A DNA stretch of 64,000 bases from contig JABHSK010000007.1 of the NCBI GenBank assembly GCA_018669975.1, positions 390-64,389 on the forward strand, in the 5' to 3' direction. Position 1 is the stretch's first letter. Every line of letters begins with the position of its first letter. The position numbers and the translations under genes are program-made. Positions 48,719 to 57,664 of this stretch are shown here, piece after piece. The notes beneath the pieces were generated by a model that saw only the letters and a program-made list of their open reading frames with translations, had not been told where the DNA came from and ran no database searches. The DNA is from Candidatus Parcubacteria bacterium. Lineage in GTDB: Bacteria; Patescibacteriota; Patescibacteriia; UBA1558; GWA2-36-10.

Positions 48719-49717
48719 ATGAAAAAACTAGATCAAGTATACGATCACGTAACATCTTTAGGCATAGGATTAACCTCATTATGTAACCTTAAGTGCTCCC
48801 ATTGCTACTCAAAAAATTTAAGTAAGAAGACCCTAACTCTAGCAGAAATGGAAGGGATTTTTGAGTATTTTCCTAATTTACAGAAAGTAAATTTTGGCAC
48901 TGGCGAGAGCATACTAAATCCTGATTTTTTAAAAATTGTTGATTTTTTTCATGCCAAAAAGATAAAAATTGCAGTTACATCAAATGGTACTACTATTGCT
49001 CAGATGTCTGATGAGCATCTAAAGAAACTGGATGAGGTAGATATTTCTCTAGATTTTGCCAACGCTAAAGAACATGATGAGTGGAGGGGTTATCCTGGTT
49101 TGTTTGATAGAGCCATTGAGTCTATAGAGAGGTGTAAAAAATTAGGCATTGAAATATCCATTGCTACAGTATTGATGAATTCTAACTATAAAGTTTTTGG
49201 AGAGTTTAAAAAGATATTAGATAAATATGATATTCATCTGAGAGTAAACTTATGTAAACCAGTAGATACTGATGAATTTCAGATGAGCTATGAAGAGTTT
49301 TGGGAATCAATGAAAATAATTGCTGATAATTTCACTTTAGTAGCTAGCTCAGAGCCTGTGTTAGCTATTGTTACTGATATTAATGATCATTTGTGTGGAT
49401 CTCCTTGCGGTGATTCAGTTAGGCTACATCCAGATTTTAGTGTTAGTCCTTGTGTTTATGTGGATGGTAATAAGATTTCAACAGAGAAGTTTATAGAAAT
49501 GAAAAAACAAATCCCGAAATTTTGTCAGGATTGTGATTTTGTTGATAAATGCCGAGGTGGCTGTATGAGTAGAAGAATTTTTAATGATAATGTTGATAAG
49601 CCAGATGAGTATTGTCCAATTTATCGTGGAGATAAAATTCCAGAGATAAATTTCAAAACATTAGTAGGAAAAGAGTTTATACATAGTAATTATTTGTGTA
49701 CATTTATTTTAAAATAA
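48719..49717 (+). CDS. Radical SAM/SPASM protein
   Basis: CNLKCSHC; SPC; CQDCDFVDKCRGGC. Confidence 0.9.
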   Translation: MKKLDQVYDHVTSLGIGLTSLCNLKCSHCYSKNLSKKTLTLAEMEGIFEYFPNLQKVNFGTGESILNPDFLKIVDFFHAKKIKIAVTSNGTTIAQMSDEHLKKLDEVDISLDFANAKEHDEWRGYPGLFDRAIESIERCKKLGIEISIATVLMNSNYKVFGEFKKILDKYDIHLRVNLCKPVDTDEFQMSYEEFWESMKIIADNFTLVASSEPVLAIVTDINDHLCGSPCGDSVRLHPDFSVSPCVYVDGNKISTEKFIEMKKQIPKFCQDCDFVDKCRGGCMSRRIFNDNVDKPDEYCPIYRGDKIPEINFKTLVGKEFIHSNYLCTFILK

Positions 49718-49747
49718 TAGTGTAAGAAAAAACCACAAGACATGTAA

Positions 49748-50863
49748 ATGAAAGGGGTAGCGATGTTGCTGGATGTCAGTAAGTACGCTGACCAAATTGA
49801 GCGTCGGCGAGCAAGGCGAAGCCTAGCTGCCCAACTTAGCCCCAATGCAAATGTACCGATATGTTTTTATTTCAACGGTGCATTTTATTGTGAGCTACTG
49901 GGCGTTGATGTCGAGGAATATTATCGGGAACCAGAATTACAGGTTGAGGTTCAGCTTAAGGGCTGGCAGTGGCAAATGGAGCATTTGCGTGCAGATTCTT
50001 CCACCTGTGATTGGATTGGTTTTGAGACGGGCCCGATTGGCGAAGCGGTTGCCTTTGGTACACCAATATTCACCAGTCAAAATAGTCCGCCTGTCAGTCA
50101 GTCGATTGAAAATGATCTATCCGAGATTCTCAAATTGCAAGTTATTCCACCGGATAGAAATAGACTGTGGCAGAGCTTACAGGCTAAGGCAGAACGTTTT
50201 GCTGCTCGAGCCAGTAAGTTGGGAACCAACATTCCCGTTGCTAAGTTTAGGCCACCGGCCATTCATTTGCCTTTGACGGCAACATGTTTATTGGCTGATG
50301 CTACTCAAGTAATGCTAGCAGTGGGGGGTCGAACTCCTGAGTTAGATAAGGTACTGTGGCATATGTGTCATGCTTTAATTGAGTGGAATGCTTATTTTTA
50401 TGGCAATGGTGAAATGTGGTTGTGTGACGATTATATCTGTTTCATTTCCGAGGCAGATTTTCGGGCATGCTTAACTAAGCATTATCAGTTTTTAAACACT
50501 GTCTATTCTGATAGGCGCTTGTGTTTTCATGCTGATGGTCCTTTAGATCAGCACTTTGCTCATTTGCTGGATTTTGTATCAGCTAAAAAGGTAGATATCG
50601 GCGGCTTCAGCTCTTTAGTAGAAGAACGACGTCATCTACAGGGTAGAGTGTTGTTTTCCGGAGGCTTGAATAACAAGGATTTCGACAAACACGGTTTGCA
50701 TCAAACGACTATCAAGAAGGCTCTTCAAGCAATTGAAGATTCTAAAGCCGAAGGAGGCTTTGAACTTTCTATTGGTGGTCAGTGCTACGTGGGTGTTAAT
50801 CCTGACAGCCTTTGTCAGTTGGTAGAAATAGTCCGATCGGAGTATAATTACGCTATAGAGTGA
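49748..50863 (+). CDS. UroD/MtaA-like TIM-barrel protein
   Basis: EAVAFG, LCDD, FHADG, GGF.LSIG patterns of the uroporphyrinogen decarboxylase/corrinoid methyltransferase superfamily. Confidence 0.6.
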   Translation: MKGVAMLLDVSKYADQIERRRARRSLAAQLSPNANVPICFYFNGAFYCELLGVDVEEYYREPELQVEVQLKGWQWQMEHLRADSSTCDWIGFETGPIGEAVAFGTPIFTSQNSPPVSQSIENDLSEILKLQVIPPDRNRLWQSLQAKAERFAARASKLGTNIPVAKFRPPAIHLPLTATCLLADATQVMLAVGGRTPELDKVLWHMCHALIEWNAYFYGNGEMWLCDDYICFISEADFRACLTKHYQFLNTVYSDRRLCFHADGPLDQHFAHLLDFVSAKKVDIGGFSSLVEERRHLQGRVLFSGGLNNKDFDKHGLHQTTIKKALQAIEDSKAEGGFELSIGGQCYVGVNPDSLCQLVEIVRSEYNYAIE

Positions 50864-50892
50864 CATTGAGCCGCAAAGCGGCTCAATGTCAC
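50860..50892. repeat. Perfect 15-bp inverted repeat
   Basis: GTGACATTGAGCCGC-AAA-GCGGCTCAATGTCAC. Confidence 0.9.
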
Positions 50893-50924
50893 GTATTTAT
50901 TCAGACTACTTTTAAAAAAAATAT

Positions 50925-51593
50925 ATGAATAAAAACAAAACAAACATTAATTGGGATAGTCTTTGGGAAAAAAGAAAAGATTTAGATTGGTGGCGTACAC
51001 CAGCTAAAGACTTTGTTAAAATTCTAGAGTCACTAGATTTTTCTGGTCAGGAAAAGTTTTATGATTTGGGAGCAGGCATCGGCAGGCACACTGTTTTGCT
51101 GGCTAAGGCTGGCTTTGATGTTTATGCTTCTGATGATTCACAAGCAGCCATTGATCAAATAGAGGAGTGGTTAGCCAAAGAAAAAGTATCAGCCAAGACT
51201 TATTTATGTGATATGGCTGAAGGGCCATTTGAAAAAGATTTTTTTGATTTTGTAGTATCTTATAACGTAATCTATCATGGGCAGCAGGAAAGAATGCAGC
51301 AGGCGATAGATCATGTCTATGATATTTTGAAGCCGAACGGATATTTTTATTTTACTTGTCCAAGTATTAAAGATGGACGTTGTGGTTCTGGCACTGAAGT
51401 TGGGTATCAGGCTTGGCGTTGTGAAAATGCTCTAGACAAAGGAGAAGTGCATTGTTTTACGACCAGGGAAGATTTAGATAAATATTTAGAAAAATTTGAA
51501 ATAGTATCTGTTAATTTGAATGAAGGTAGTTTTGTCCACGAAGGCAAGGATAGATTTTATTCAGACTGGCAGGGGTTAGTAAAGAAAAAATAA
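50925..51593 (+). CDS. Class I SAM-dependent methyltransferase
   Basis: YDLGAGIGRH, FDFVVSYNVIYH, LKPNG. Confidence 0.9.
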   Translation: MNKNKTNINWDSLWEKRKDLDWWRTPAKDFVKILESLDFSGQEKFYDLGAGIGRHTVLLAKAGFDVYASDDSQAAIDQIEEWLAKEKVSAKTYLCDMAEGPFEKDFFDFVVSYNVIYHGQQERMQQAIDHVYDILKPNGYFYFTCPSIKDGRCGSGTEVGYQAWRCENALDKGEVHCFTTREDLDKYLEKFEIVSVNLNEGSFVHEGKDRFYSDWQGLVKKK

Positions 51594-52474
51594 AAGATTT
51601 AGACAAAAACATTTCCGTAGTTTTAAGACTAACCAAGTATTGCAACTTAAGTTGTGAGCATTGTTATTATGCTGCTTCACCAGACAATAAGCATAGTATG
51701 TCAGAGTATAAGGTAAAACAAGCTTTGGAAGATTTGGCATCTTTAGAAAAAGAAGGATTTAAAATAAACGAAATCAGGTTGACTGGCGGTGAAGTGACAG
51801 CCTTGCCGTATATAGCAGCTCTAACTAAAGATATTAAAACTAGGTGGCCAAAAGCTACTTTGCAGTTGGAGAGTAATGGTATTAAGTTGATGGCCAATGA
51901 AGAATCACGGCAGATGCTTGAGTGGATTGACAGGCTACACATTAGCATTGACACTTGGCATGACAATGTAGACATTGAGGGGAATTCAAAGATTTTAGAT
52001 TTTTTATTGAAGCGTAGAAAAAAATATAAATTTGGAGTATTGGTGCACTGGGCTACCAATCAAGACGATGAAGAATTAATGCAGAAGTTTTTAACTAAGT
52101 ATGAGCCGCAACAAATTGATTTTCATATCAGTGAGGTGTCACCAGCTGGGCGGGGAGGAAATTTAAATGAAAGGTTTTTAGCTAAACATCATTCACAACG
52201 TACAGTTTGTAGTTTTGCCAATTATATACTTCTAGATGTTGATGAACACTGGTATAGCTGCAGGGTAATGGCTGATTATAGTCGCATTGGTAAAATTGCT
52301 TGTAAAGATTTTGTAAATAAGATAAATAAAGCCAAAAAAATAAGGCAGGAGCTAGCTATTGACAAAATTGGCATTCCGTTATTTAATAGAGAACTTGATA
52401 AGGCTAAGGTTTGTAAGCAAATCAAGCAAAACAAAGGAATAATATGTGATCTTTGTAAAAAGGTCAATTTATAA
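51590..52474 (+). CDS. Radical SAM protein with non-ATG start or frameshift entry
   Basis: In-frame LTKYCNLSCEHC (51629-51664) lies upstream of ATG 51698; LTGGE, ESNG, ISID..H. Confidence 0.8.
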   Translation: MKDLDKNISVVLRLTKYCNLSCEHCYYAASPDNKHSMSEYKVKQALEDLASLEKEGFKINEIRLTGGEVTALPYIAALTKDIKTRWPKATLQLESNGIKLMANEESRQMLEWIDRLHISIDTWHDNVDIEGNSKILDFLLKRRKKYKFGVLVHWATNQDDEELMQKFLTKYEPQQIDFHISEVSPAGRGGNLNERFLAKHHSQRTVCSFANYILLDVDEHWYSCRVMADYSRIGKIACKDFVNKINKAKKIRQELAIDKIGIPLFNRELDKAKVCKQIKQNKGIICDLCKKVNL

Positions 52475-52517
52475 TAGATAAAGCACCTTAAAATTCTAGC
52501 AGCGAGGGGAGTGTACC

Positions 52518-53117
52518 GTGAGTGGTAAATTTGTGGCTCTTGTTGGCCCTTCAGGGGTAGGCAAGACTACCATCATCACTGCTCTGATGAGCTCTTCAAC
52601 TGATTTTGTCAGGATGTTGCCGCATACAAGTCGGCCACCTCGACCCTATGAAGTTGAAGGAGAAGATTATTGGTTTGTGTCTCGCGATGAGATACAAGCG
52701 ATGTTGGCAGCCGATCCTAGGCTCAAAGAAACTTTGGTTGAGTTTGACGGACACCAGTTCGTTATTGACTACAATCGGATTGAGCAAATGTTGGCTGACG
52801 GTAAAGTAATATTGATGGACCTCTATATTAACTGGGTTCAGCAGTTTAAAGAAAGGTATGACCAGCAGATGGCTGCCGTACTTTTGCTGCCGGATGACCT
52901 GGATGTATTGGTCGATCAGCTAAGTCGCTCGAGGAAACATGATCCCGAATTTGTGGATAAACGCATGGCCCAGACTGCTCGGGAGATGAACATCTTCCAA
53001 AACAAGATGAAGCCTTATTTTAATAAGGTAATTGTCTTGCCGCGGTCTTTGGATATGGCAGTGGCCCAGGTTCGGAGAACTATTACCCTATTAACAGATG
53101 GGGTTGGGGGGCGCTAG
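52518..53117 (+). CDS. gmk: Guanylate kinase-like protein
   Basis: GPSGVGKTT, HTSRPPRPYEVEGEDYWFVS. Confidence 0.8.
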   Translation: MSGKFVALVGPSGVGKTTIITALMSSSTDFVRMLPHTSRPPRPYEVEGEDYWFVSRDEIQAMLAADPRLKETLVEFDGHQFVIDYNRIEQMLADGKVILMDLYINWVQQFKERYDQQMAAVLLLPDDLDVLVDQLSRSRKHDPEFVDKRMAQTAREMNIFQNKMKPYFNKVIVLPRSLDMAVAQVRRTITLLTDGVGGR

Positions 53118-53157
53118 CTACGGCTTCGGCCTCCCCCCTTTTTATTTTTTTAAAATT

Positions 53158-54672
53158 ATGAATATAAATAACAAAAAATTAAAAAATTCAGATTACTGTT
53201 CTATTTTTAGTAATAAAGATGGTCAGTATGCTGTTTATCATTCACTGACTTGTGATATTGTATATGGTGGCGAACTATTGAATAAATTGTTTGCACATTT
53301 TTCAGACTATAATACTTATCAAGAGCTTGATAAGGAGGATGAAAAAACCAAACAGTTATTAACTACCTTGTACCAAGGTGGTTTTTTAGTTGCTAATGAT
53401 AAGCAAGATCAGAAATTATTGGATAGCATGCAGAAACAAGTTAAAGCCAAACAATTTATCAAGACATTGTATTTGAGTATTACCTATAAATGTAATTTAC
53501 GTTGTAAATATTGTATCAGTAATAATGACGTTGCTTTAGATGGAGACAAAAAACTTTCTTTTATGGACATGGATAAAGATACTGCTAAACAGGTAGTTGA
53601 TTATTATTTGCAGCATGTGGTAGATGAGGGTGATAAGGAGGTTGTTCTCTATGGCGGTGAACCATTAGTTAATTATGAAGTTTTGAAATTCATGGTTGAA
53701 TATATAGAGGAAAAAGAATCAGCTAAAATAAAAAAGAATAAAGATTATAAGAGGAGTCGTTTTATTTTGTGTACCAACGGCACTTTAATTAATAAGGAAA
53801 AAGCAGCCTATCTAAAAGAGCACAGGATTTATCCAGCAGTTACTTTTGATGGAGATCAACTGGCTCATGATAATGTTCGGGTTTATGCCAACGGGCAAGG
53901 AACATTTGAGGATGTAGTCAAAGCTTATAGAAATTTACAGGAGCTAGATTTTCCAATTGGTGTGACATTGACTTTAGGTAGTCACAATGTAGACAAGGTG
54001 GCAGATTTTGTAGAGTTGTTTGCTAAAAAGCTACAACCTCATACTATGGCTACTAATATTATGATTGATTACGATGATGGTGGTAATCCCTATGTCTGTG
54101 AAGGTAATACTCTAGCAGATAATTTAATTAAAGCTTTTGAAGTTGCTAGAAAACATGGCATGTATTTGGTTAAGTATGTTATGGATAATCGTATTAAACC
54201 TTTTGTAGAAAAACAGCCAAGACTTAAAGGATGCACGGGCACTGGATCAAGGATTATGGTTTTGCCGGATGGTTCTCTGTCAGCTTGTATGGCTTATGCT
54301 AATAATTCATCAGTCAAAGTAAAAGATAATCCAAAGGTAGAGGAATTTTTGCCAACGGGTATAAAAACCTATTCACCATTTCTCAAACAACAATGTCGCT
54401 ATTGTCCAGCTATTTCTTGCTGCGGTGGCGGTTGCCCTAAGAGCGCGGAGGTTAAACATGGTACCTTATTCTCATTGGACGACGATTACTGTATTCAGAG
54501 TAAGAGATTTTTAGAATGGTTAATTTGGGATTTATACAATTTTATTGATCAGAAGCAACTGGTCAAAGATGGTTTTGTAATTCCCAGCGATGAAGAACGC
54601 CATAAGATATATGGAAAAATAGAAGTGCGTCGCAGTCCATTAGATTTTCAATATACACCTAACGCTAATTAA
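53158..54672 (+). CDS. Radical SAM/SPASM protein (peptide-maturase-like, with N-terminal extension)
   Basis: CNLRCKYC, YGGEPL, TNG; CRYCPAISCCGGGC; start reassigned to 53158. Confidence 0.9.
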   Translation: MNINNKKLKNSDYCSIFSNKDGQYAVYHSLTCDIVYGGELLNKLFAHFSDYNTYQELDKEDEKTKQLLTTLYQGGFLVANDKQDQKLLDSMQKQVKAKQFIKTLYLSITYKCNLRCKYCISNNDVALDGDKKLSFMDMDKDTAKQVVDYYLQHVVDEGDKEVVLYGGEPLVNYEVLKFMVEYIEEKESAKIKKNKDYKRSRFILCTNGTLINKEKAAYLKEHRIYPAVTFDGDQLAHDNVRVYANGQGTFEDVVKAYRNLQELDFPIGVTLTLGSHNVDKVADFVELFAKKLQPHTMATNIMIDYDDGGNPYVCEGNTLADNLIKAFEVARKHGMYLVKYVMDNRIKPFVEKQPRLKGCTGTGSRIMVLPDGSLSACMAYANNSSVKVKDNPKVEEFLPTGIKTYSPFLKQQCRYCPAISCCGGGCPKSAEVKHGTLFSLDDDYCIQSKRFLEWLIWDLYNFIDQKQLVKDGFVIPSDEERHKIYGKIEVRRSPLDFQYTPNAN

Positions 54673-54673
54673 T

Positions 54674-56089
54674 ATGGGAGAATTGAATCCACAAATTAAA
54701 GATCAATTATCAAAGTATGTACGAGTATTTGATTTTGGTGAACATCTATGTTTACTGAATGGCTTGTCTTTAGATAAAGTTTTCATTAAAGCGGATGCAG
54801 ATAATCAGGAGACCAAAGATGTTTTGCAAAAGTATAATTTGCTTAAAGATTTTGATGTAAAGGCTGAGAAATTTGTGAGTGGTTGTCAGAGTAAGTTTGA
54901 TCCTAGTTTTAGGCAATTGTATCTGGTGGTGACGGAAGCTTGTAATTTTGATTGTAAATATTGTCGGCAAGTAACACACGACGTCAAGGGTAATCGTAGT
55001 ATGACTCGAGACGAGGCTAGATTGATTGTTGATAATTTTTTTAATTTGGCGGAGGACAAACCACGTGGCGTAGTTTTTTATGGTGGTGAGCCATTGGTGA
55101 ATAAAGAGGTTATGTTGGATGCAGTTAAATATATTCGGCAGAAAGAAAGTAAATTAAAATTGGATAGGCCGATTGATATGACTATCATTACCAATGGTAC
55201 TTTAGTAGATCATGATAGCGCACAGGTACTCAAGGATAATGATGTTTATATTATTATGTCTATTGATGGTCGCGCTCAAGAGCATGACAAGTTTAGAGTT
55301 TATGCAAATGGTAAAGGAACCTTTGACGATGTTATCAAGGGTTATAAAATATACCAGCAAGCTGGTTGTAGAGTAGGTATATCTTGTACAATTGGTTCAC
55401 ATAATTACGACAATCTAGAGGACATTTTTGATTATTTTGCTAATGATTTGCAACCAATTAATGTTGGTATCAACCTACCACATGACGATCACGACAATCC
55501 ATTAAATGATGATTTAGATTTTGGAAAATTCTGTCAACGTATGTTCAAAATTTTTGAACAGTCAACAGATAACAATTTATATATAGAGCATATTATCAGA
55601 AAGTTGAAACTTTTATTTAGACACGAGATTAAAATTAATGACTGTGCAGCCTGTGGTGGTAGATTGGTTGCTTTACCTGGGCAAAGATATGGAGTTTGTG
55701 AAGGAGCGATTGGTATGGATGAGTTTTTCTTTACAGACATAAAGAGGGTTGCTGAGATGTCCGCAGAATGGTATGGAACTTCTCCGCTTTTTGATGACCA
55801 TTGTAGTAATTGTGCTGCTGTCGGAGTCTGTGGTGGTGGTTGTCCTTTTGATGGATATTTAGAAGCCAAGCAGGTTGGACACCGTGATAGTCGTCGTTGT
55901 CTATTTATGAATAAGATTGTCGAGTGGGGATTAGAAAATTTTTATAAAATACACAAAAATAAATTGCAAGGCAAGAAATACTATATTCCGAATTTGAGTG
56001 ATCAACATGATTTTTTGAAAGAGATTAAAGCTATTAATGATAGTTTACCCTTGCGTAGTTCTGCTAGTTTTAGTAATACCAAATTATGA
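54674..56089 (+). CDS. Radical SAM/SPASM protein (paralog of previous)
   Basis: CNFDCKYC, YGGEPL, RVYANGKGTF; CSNCAAVGVCGGGC. Confidence 0.9.
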   Translation: MGELNPQIKDQLSKYVRVFDFGEHLCLLNGLSLDKVFIKADADNQETKDVLQKYNLLKDFDVKAEKFVSGCQSKFDPSFRQLYLVVTEACNFDCKYCRQVTHDVKGNRSMTRDEARLIVDNFFNLAEDKPRGVVFYGGEPLVNKEVMLDAVKYIRQKESKLKLDRPIDMTIITNGTLVDHDSAQVLKDNDVYIIMSIDGRAQEHDKFRVYANGKGTFDDVIKGYKIYQQAGCRVGISCTIGSHNYDNLEDIFDYFANDLQPINVGINLPHDDHDNPLNDDLDFGKFCQRMFKIFEQSTDNNLYIEHIIRKLKLLFRHEIKINDCAACGGRLVALPGQRYGVCEGAIGMDEFFFTDIKRVAEMSAEWYGTSPLFDDHCSNCAAVGVCGGGCPFDGYLEAKQVGHRDSRRCLFMNKIVEWGLENFYKIHKNKLQGKKYYIPNLSDQHDFLKEIKAINDSLPLRSSASFSNTKL

Positions 56090-57558
56090 AAGTCGTAATA
56101 CTAGATATTCCAACTACAGAGATTTTTTCTACACCTGAATTTAACAGGTTGTCTTCAGAGGTCAAAAAATATCGTCTACATGATCAAAAAGTTAAATTGG
56201 AAGATAAATACAATATTCGTTTTTCACCACCGCATACTTACAACCGTGGACTTTTATTCGTGGCAGCGGTACTAGAAGAAAAGGGTGTTGAGGTTGATTA
56301 TTTTAATGGAGACTATGACAAAGATTTTTGGCAGAAATGTCAGGATAAAATAAAGGAAGCAGATGTATTGATGGCTTCAGTAAAAACCAATAATTATCCA
56401 GTTATTTTAGAGTATTTTGTTCAAGCCAGAGAAATAAAACCAGGGATTACAACTATGATTGGTGGTTCACATGCTACGGCTATGCCTGAACAATGTTTAG
56501 AAAACGATTTGATAGATTTTGTAGTGATAGGTGAAGGTGAGATTACTTTGGCAGAATGGCTAGATGTTTATCAATCTACTGGTGATGATTATAGTCAGAT
56601 TTTAGGCTTGGGTTACAAACAAGGCAAAGAAGTTAAAGTGAACTCTTTACGTCCTTTGATAGAGGCTCTAGATGCTTTGCCGATGCCTGCTTATCATTTG
56701 TTGCCAGGTGGCCTTAAAGAATATCATCCTTATATTGATACTTCCCGTGGTTGTATGTATCAATGTGGTTTTTGTAGCGGGCCAAACTTTTGGCGCCGTA
56801 AAATGCGCACCAGATCATTTGCTAATTTTTATAAAGAATTAGAATTGATTAAATCATTGATGGGGGATTATAACTTTATTCATATTTCAGATCCAATGCT
56901 GGGAGTGACTCCACAGCAGTTGGAAATATTGAACCAGTTAAAAGAAAAAGAAATTGATTTATATTTTTCTTGTGATGTTAAAGCTAATTATATTCGTCCA
57001 GATTTAATTCAATTGATGAAAGACAGCGGAATTATTATTTTTTCCATTGGCATTGAAACCCTAAATGATAAAGCGCTGACTTTACTAAAAAAGAATTGTA
57101 CAGCTGAACTAGAAATTGAAGCTTGTCGAGCCATTAAAAAGTTTGATGGTATTTATGTAAAATCATATTGGATTGTTGGTTTGCCAGGCGAGGATAAGGA
57201 ATCACTGCAATATAACAACGAGCAAATTTATAATTTATTGAAGACAGAAGCAGTTGATCAAGTTTGTAATCATATTTTAGTTCCATATCCAGGTACAGAG
57301 TTTTTTCATGATCCAAAACAGTTTGGTATCAATATTATGCATGATGATTGGATACACTATGAGGGCAGATCATATCCTTTAATTTATAAACTAGACAATC
57401 TGTCTGGTGATGAAATATACAAATATTTTTTAGAAGCTCACGAATATGAGCTCAAATATTATAAGGAAGCATATCCAAGTATAGCTTTTACTGATGAACC
57501 TGGTAAGCAAGATCAAGATAACATGAGTTTTGGTAAGTACAAAGGAAGGCTACTTTAA
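56086..57558 (+). CDS. B12-binding radical SAM protein
   Basis: GGSHAT, GEGE, SRGCMYQCGFC, GLPGE, PYPGT. Confidence 0.9.
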   Translation: MKVVILDIPTTEIFSTPEFNRLSSEVKKYRLHDQKVKLEDKYNIRFSPPHTYNRGLLFVAAVLEEKGVEVDYFNGDYDKDFWQKCQDKIKEADVLMASVKTNNYPVILEYFVQAREIKPGITTMIGGSHATAMPEQCLENDLIDFVVIGEGEITLAEWLDVYQSTGDDYSQILGLGYKQGKEVKVNSLRPLIEALDALPMPAYHLLPGGLKEYHPYIDTSRGCMYQCGFCSGPNFWRRKMRTRSFANFYKELELIKSLMGDYNFIHISDPMLGVTPQQLEILNQLKEKEIDLYFSCDVKANYIRPDLIQLMKDSGIIIFSIGIETLNDKALTLLKKNCTAELEIEACRAIKKFDGIYVKSYWIVGLPGEDKESLQYNNEQIYNLLKTEAVDQVCNHILVPYPGTEFFHDPKQFGINIMHDDWIHYEGRSYPLIYKLDNLSGDEIYKYFLEAHEYELKYYKEAYPSIAFTDEPGKQDQDNMSFGKYKGRLL

Positions 57559-57664
57559 AAGCTTGTTTATTGACAAAATTATATAAATATATAAGATTGG
57601 AGTATGAATGCAGAATTTTACTACTGCCAATAAATGAACCTTGTTAATAGAATAGGAGAACACA

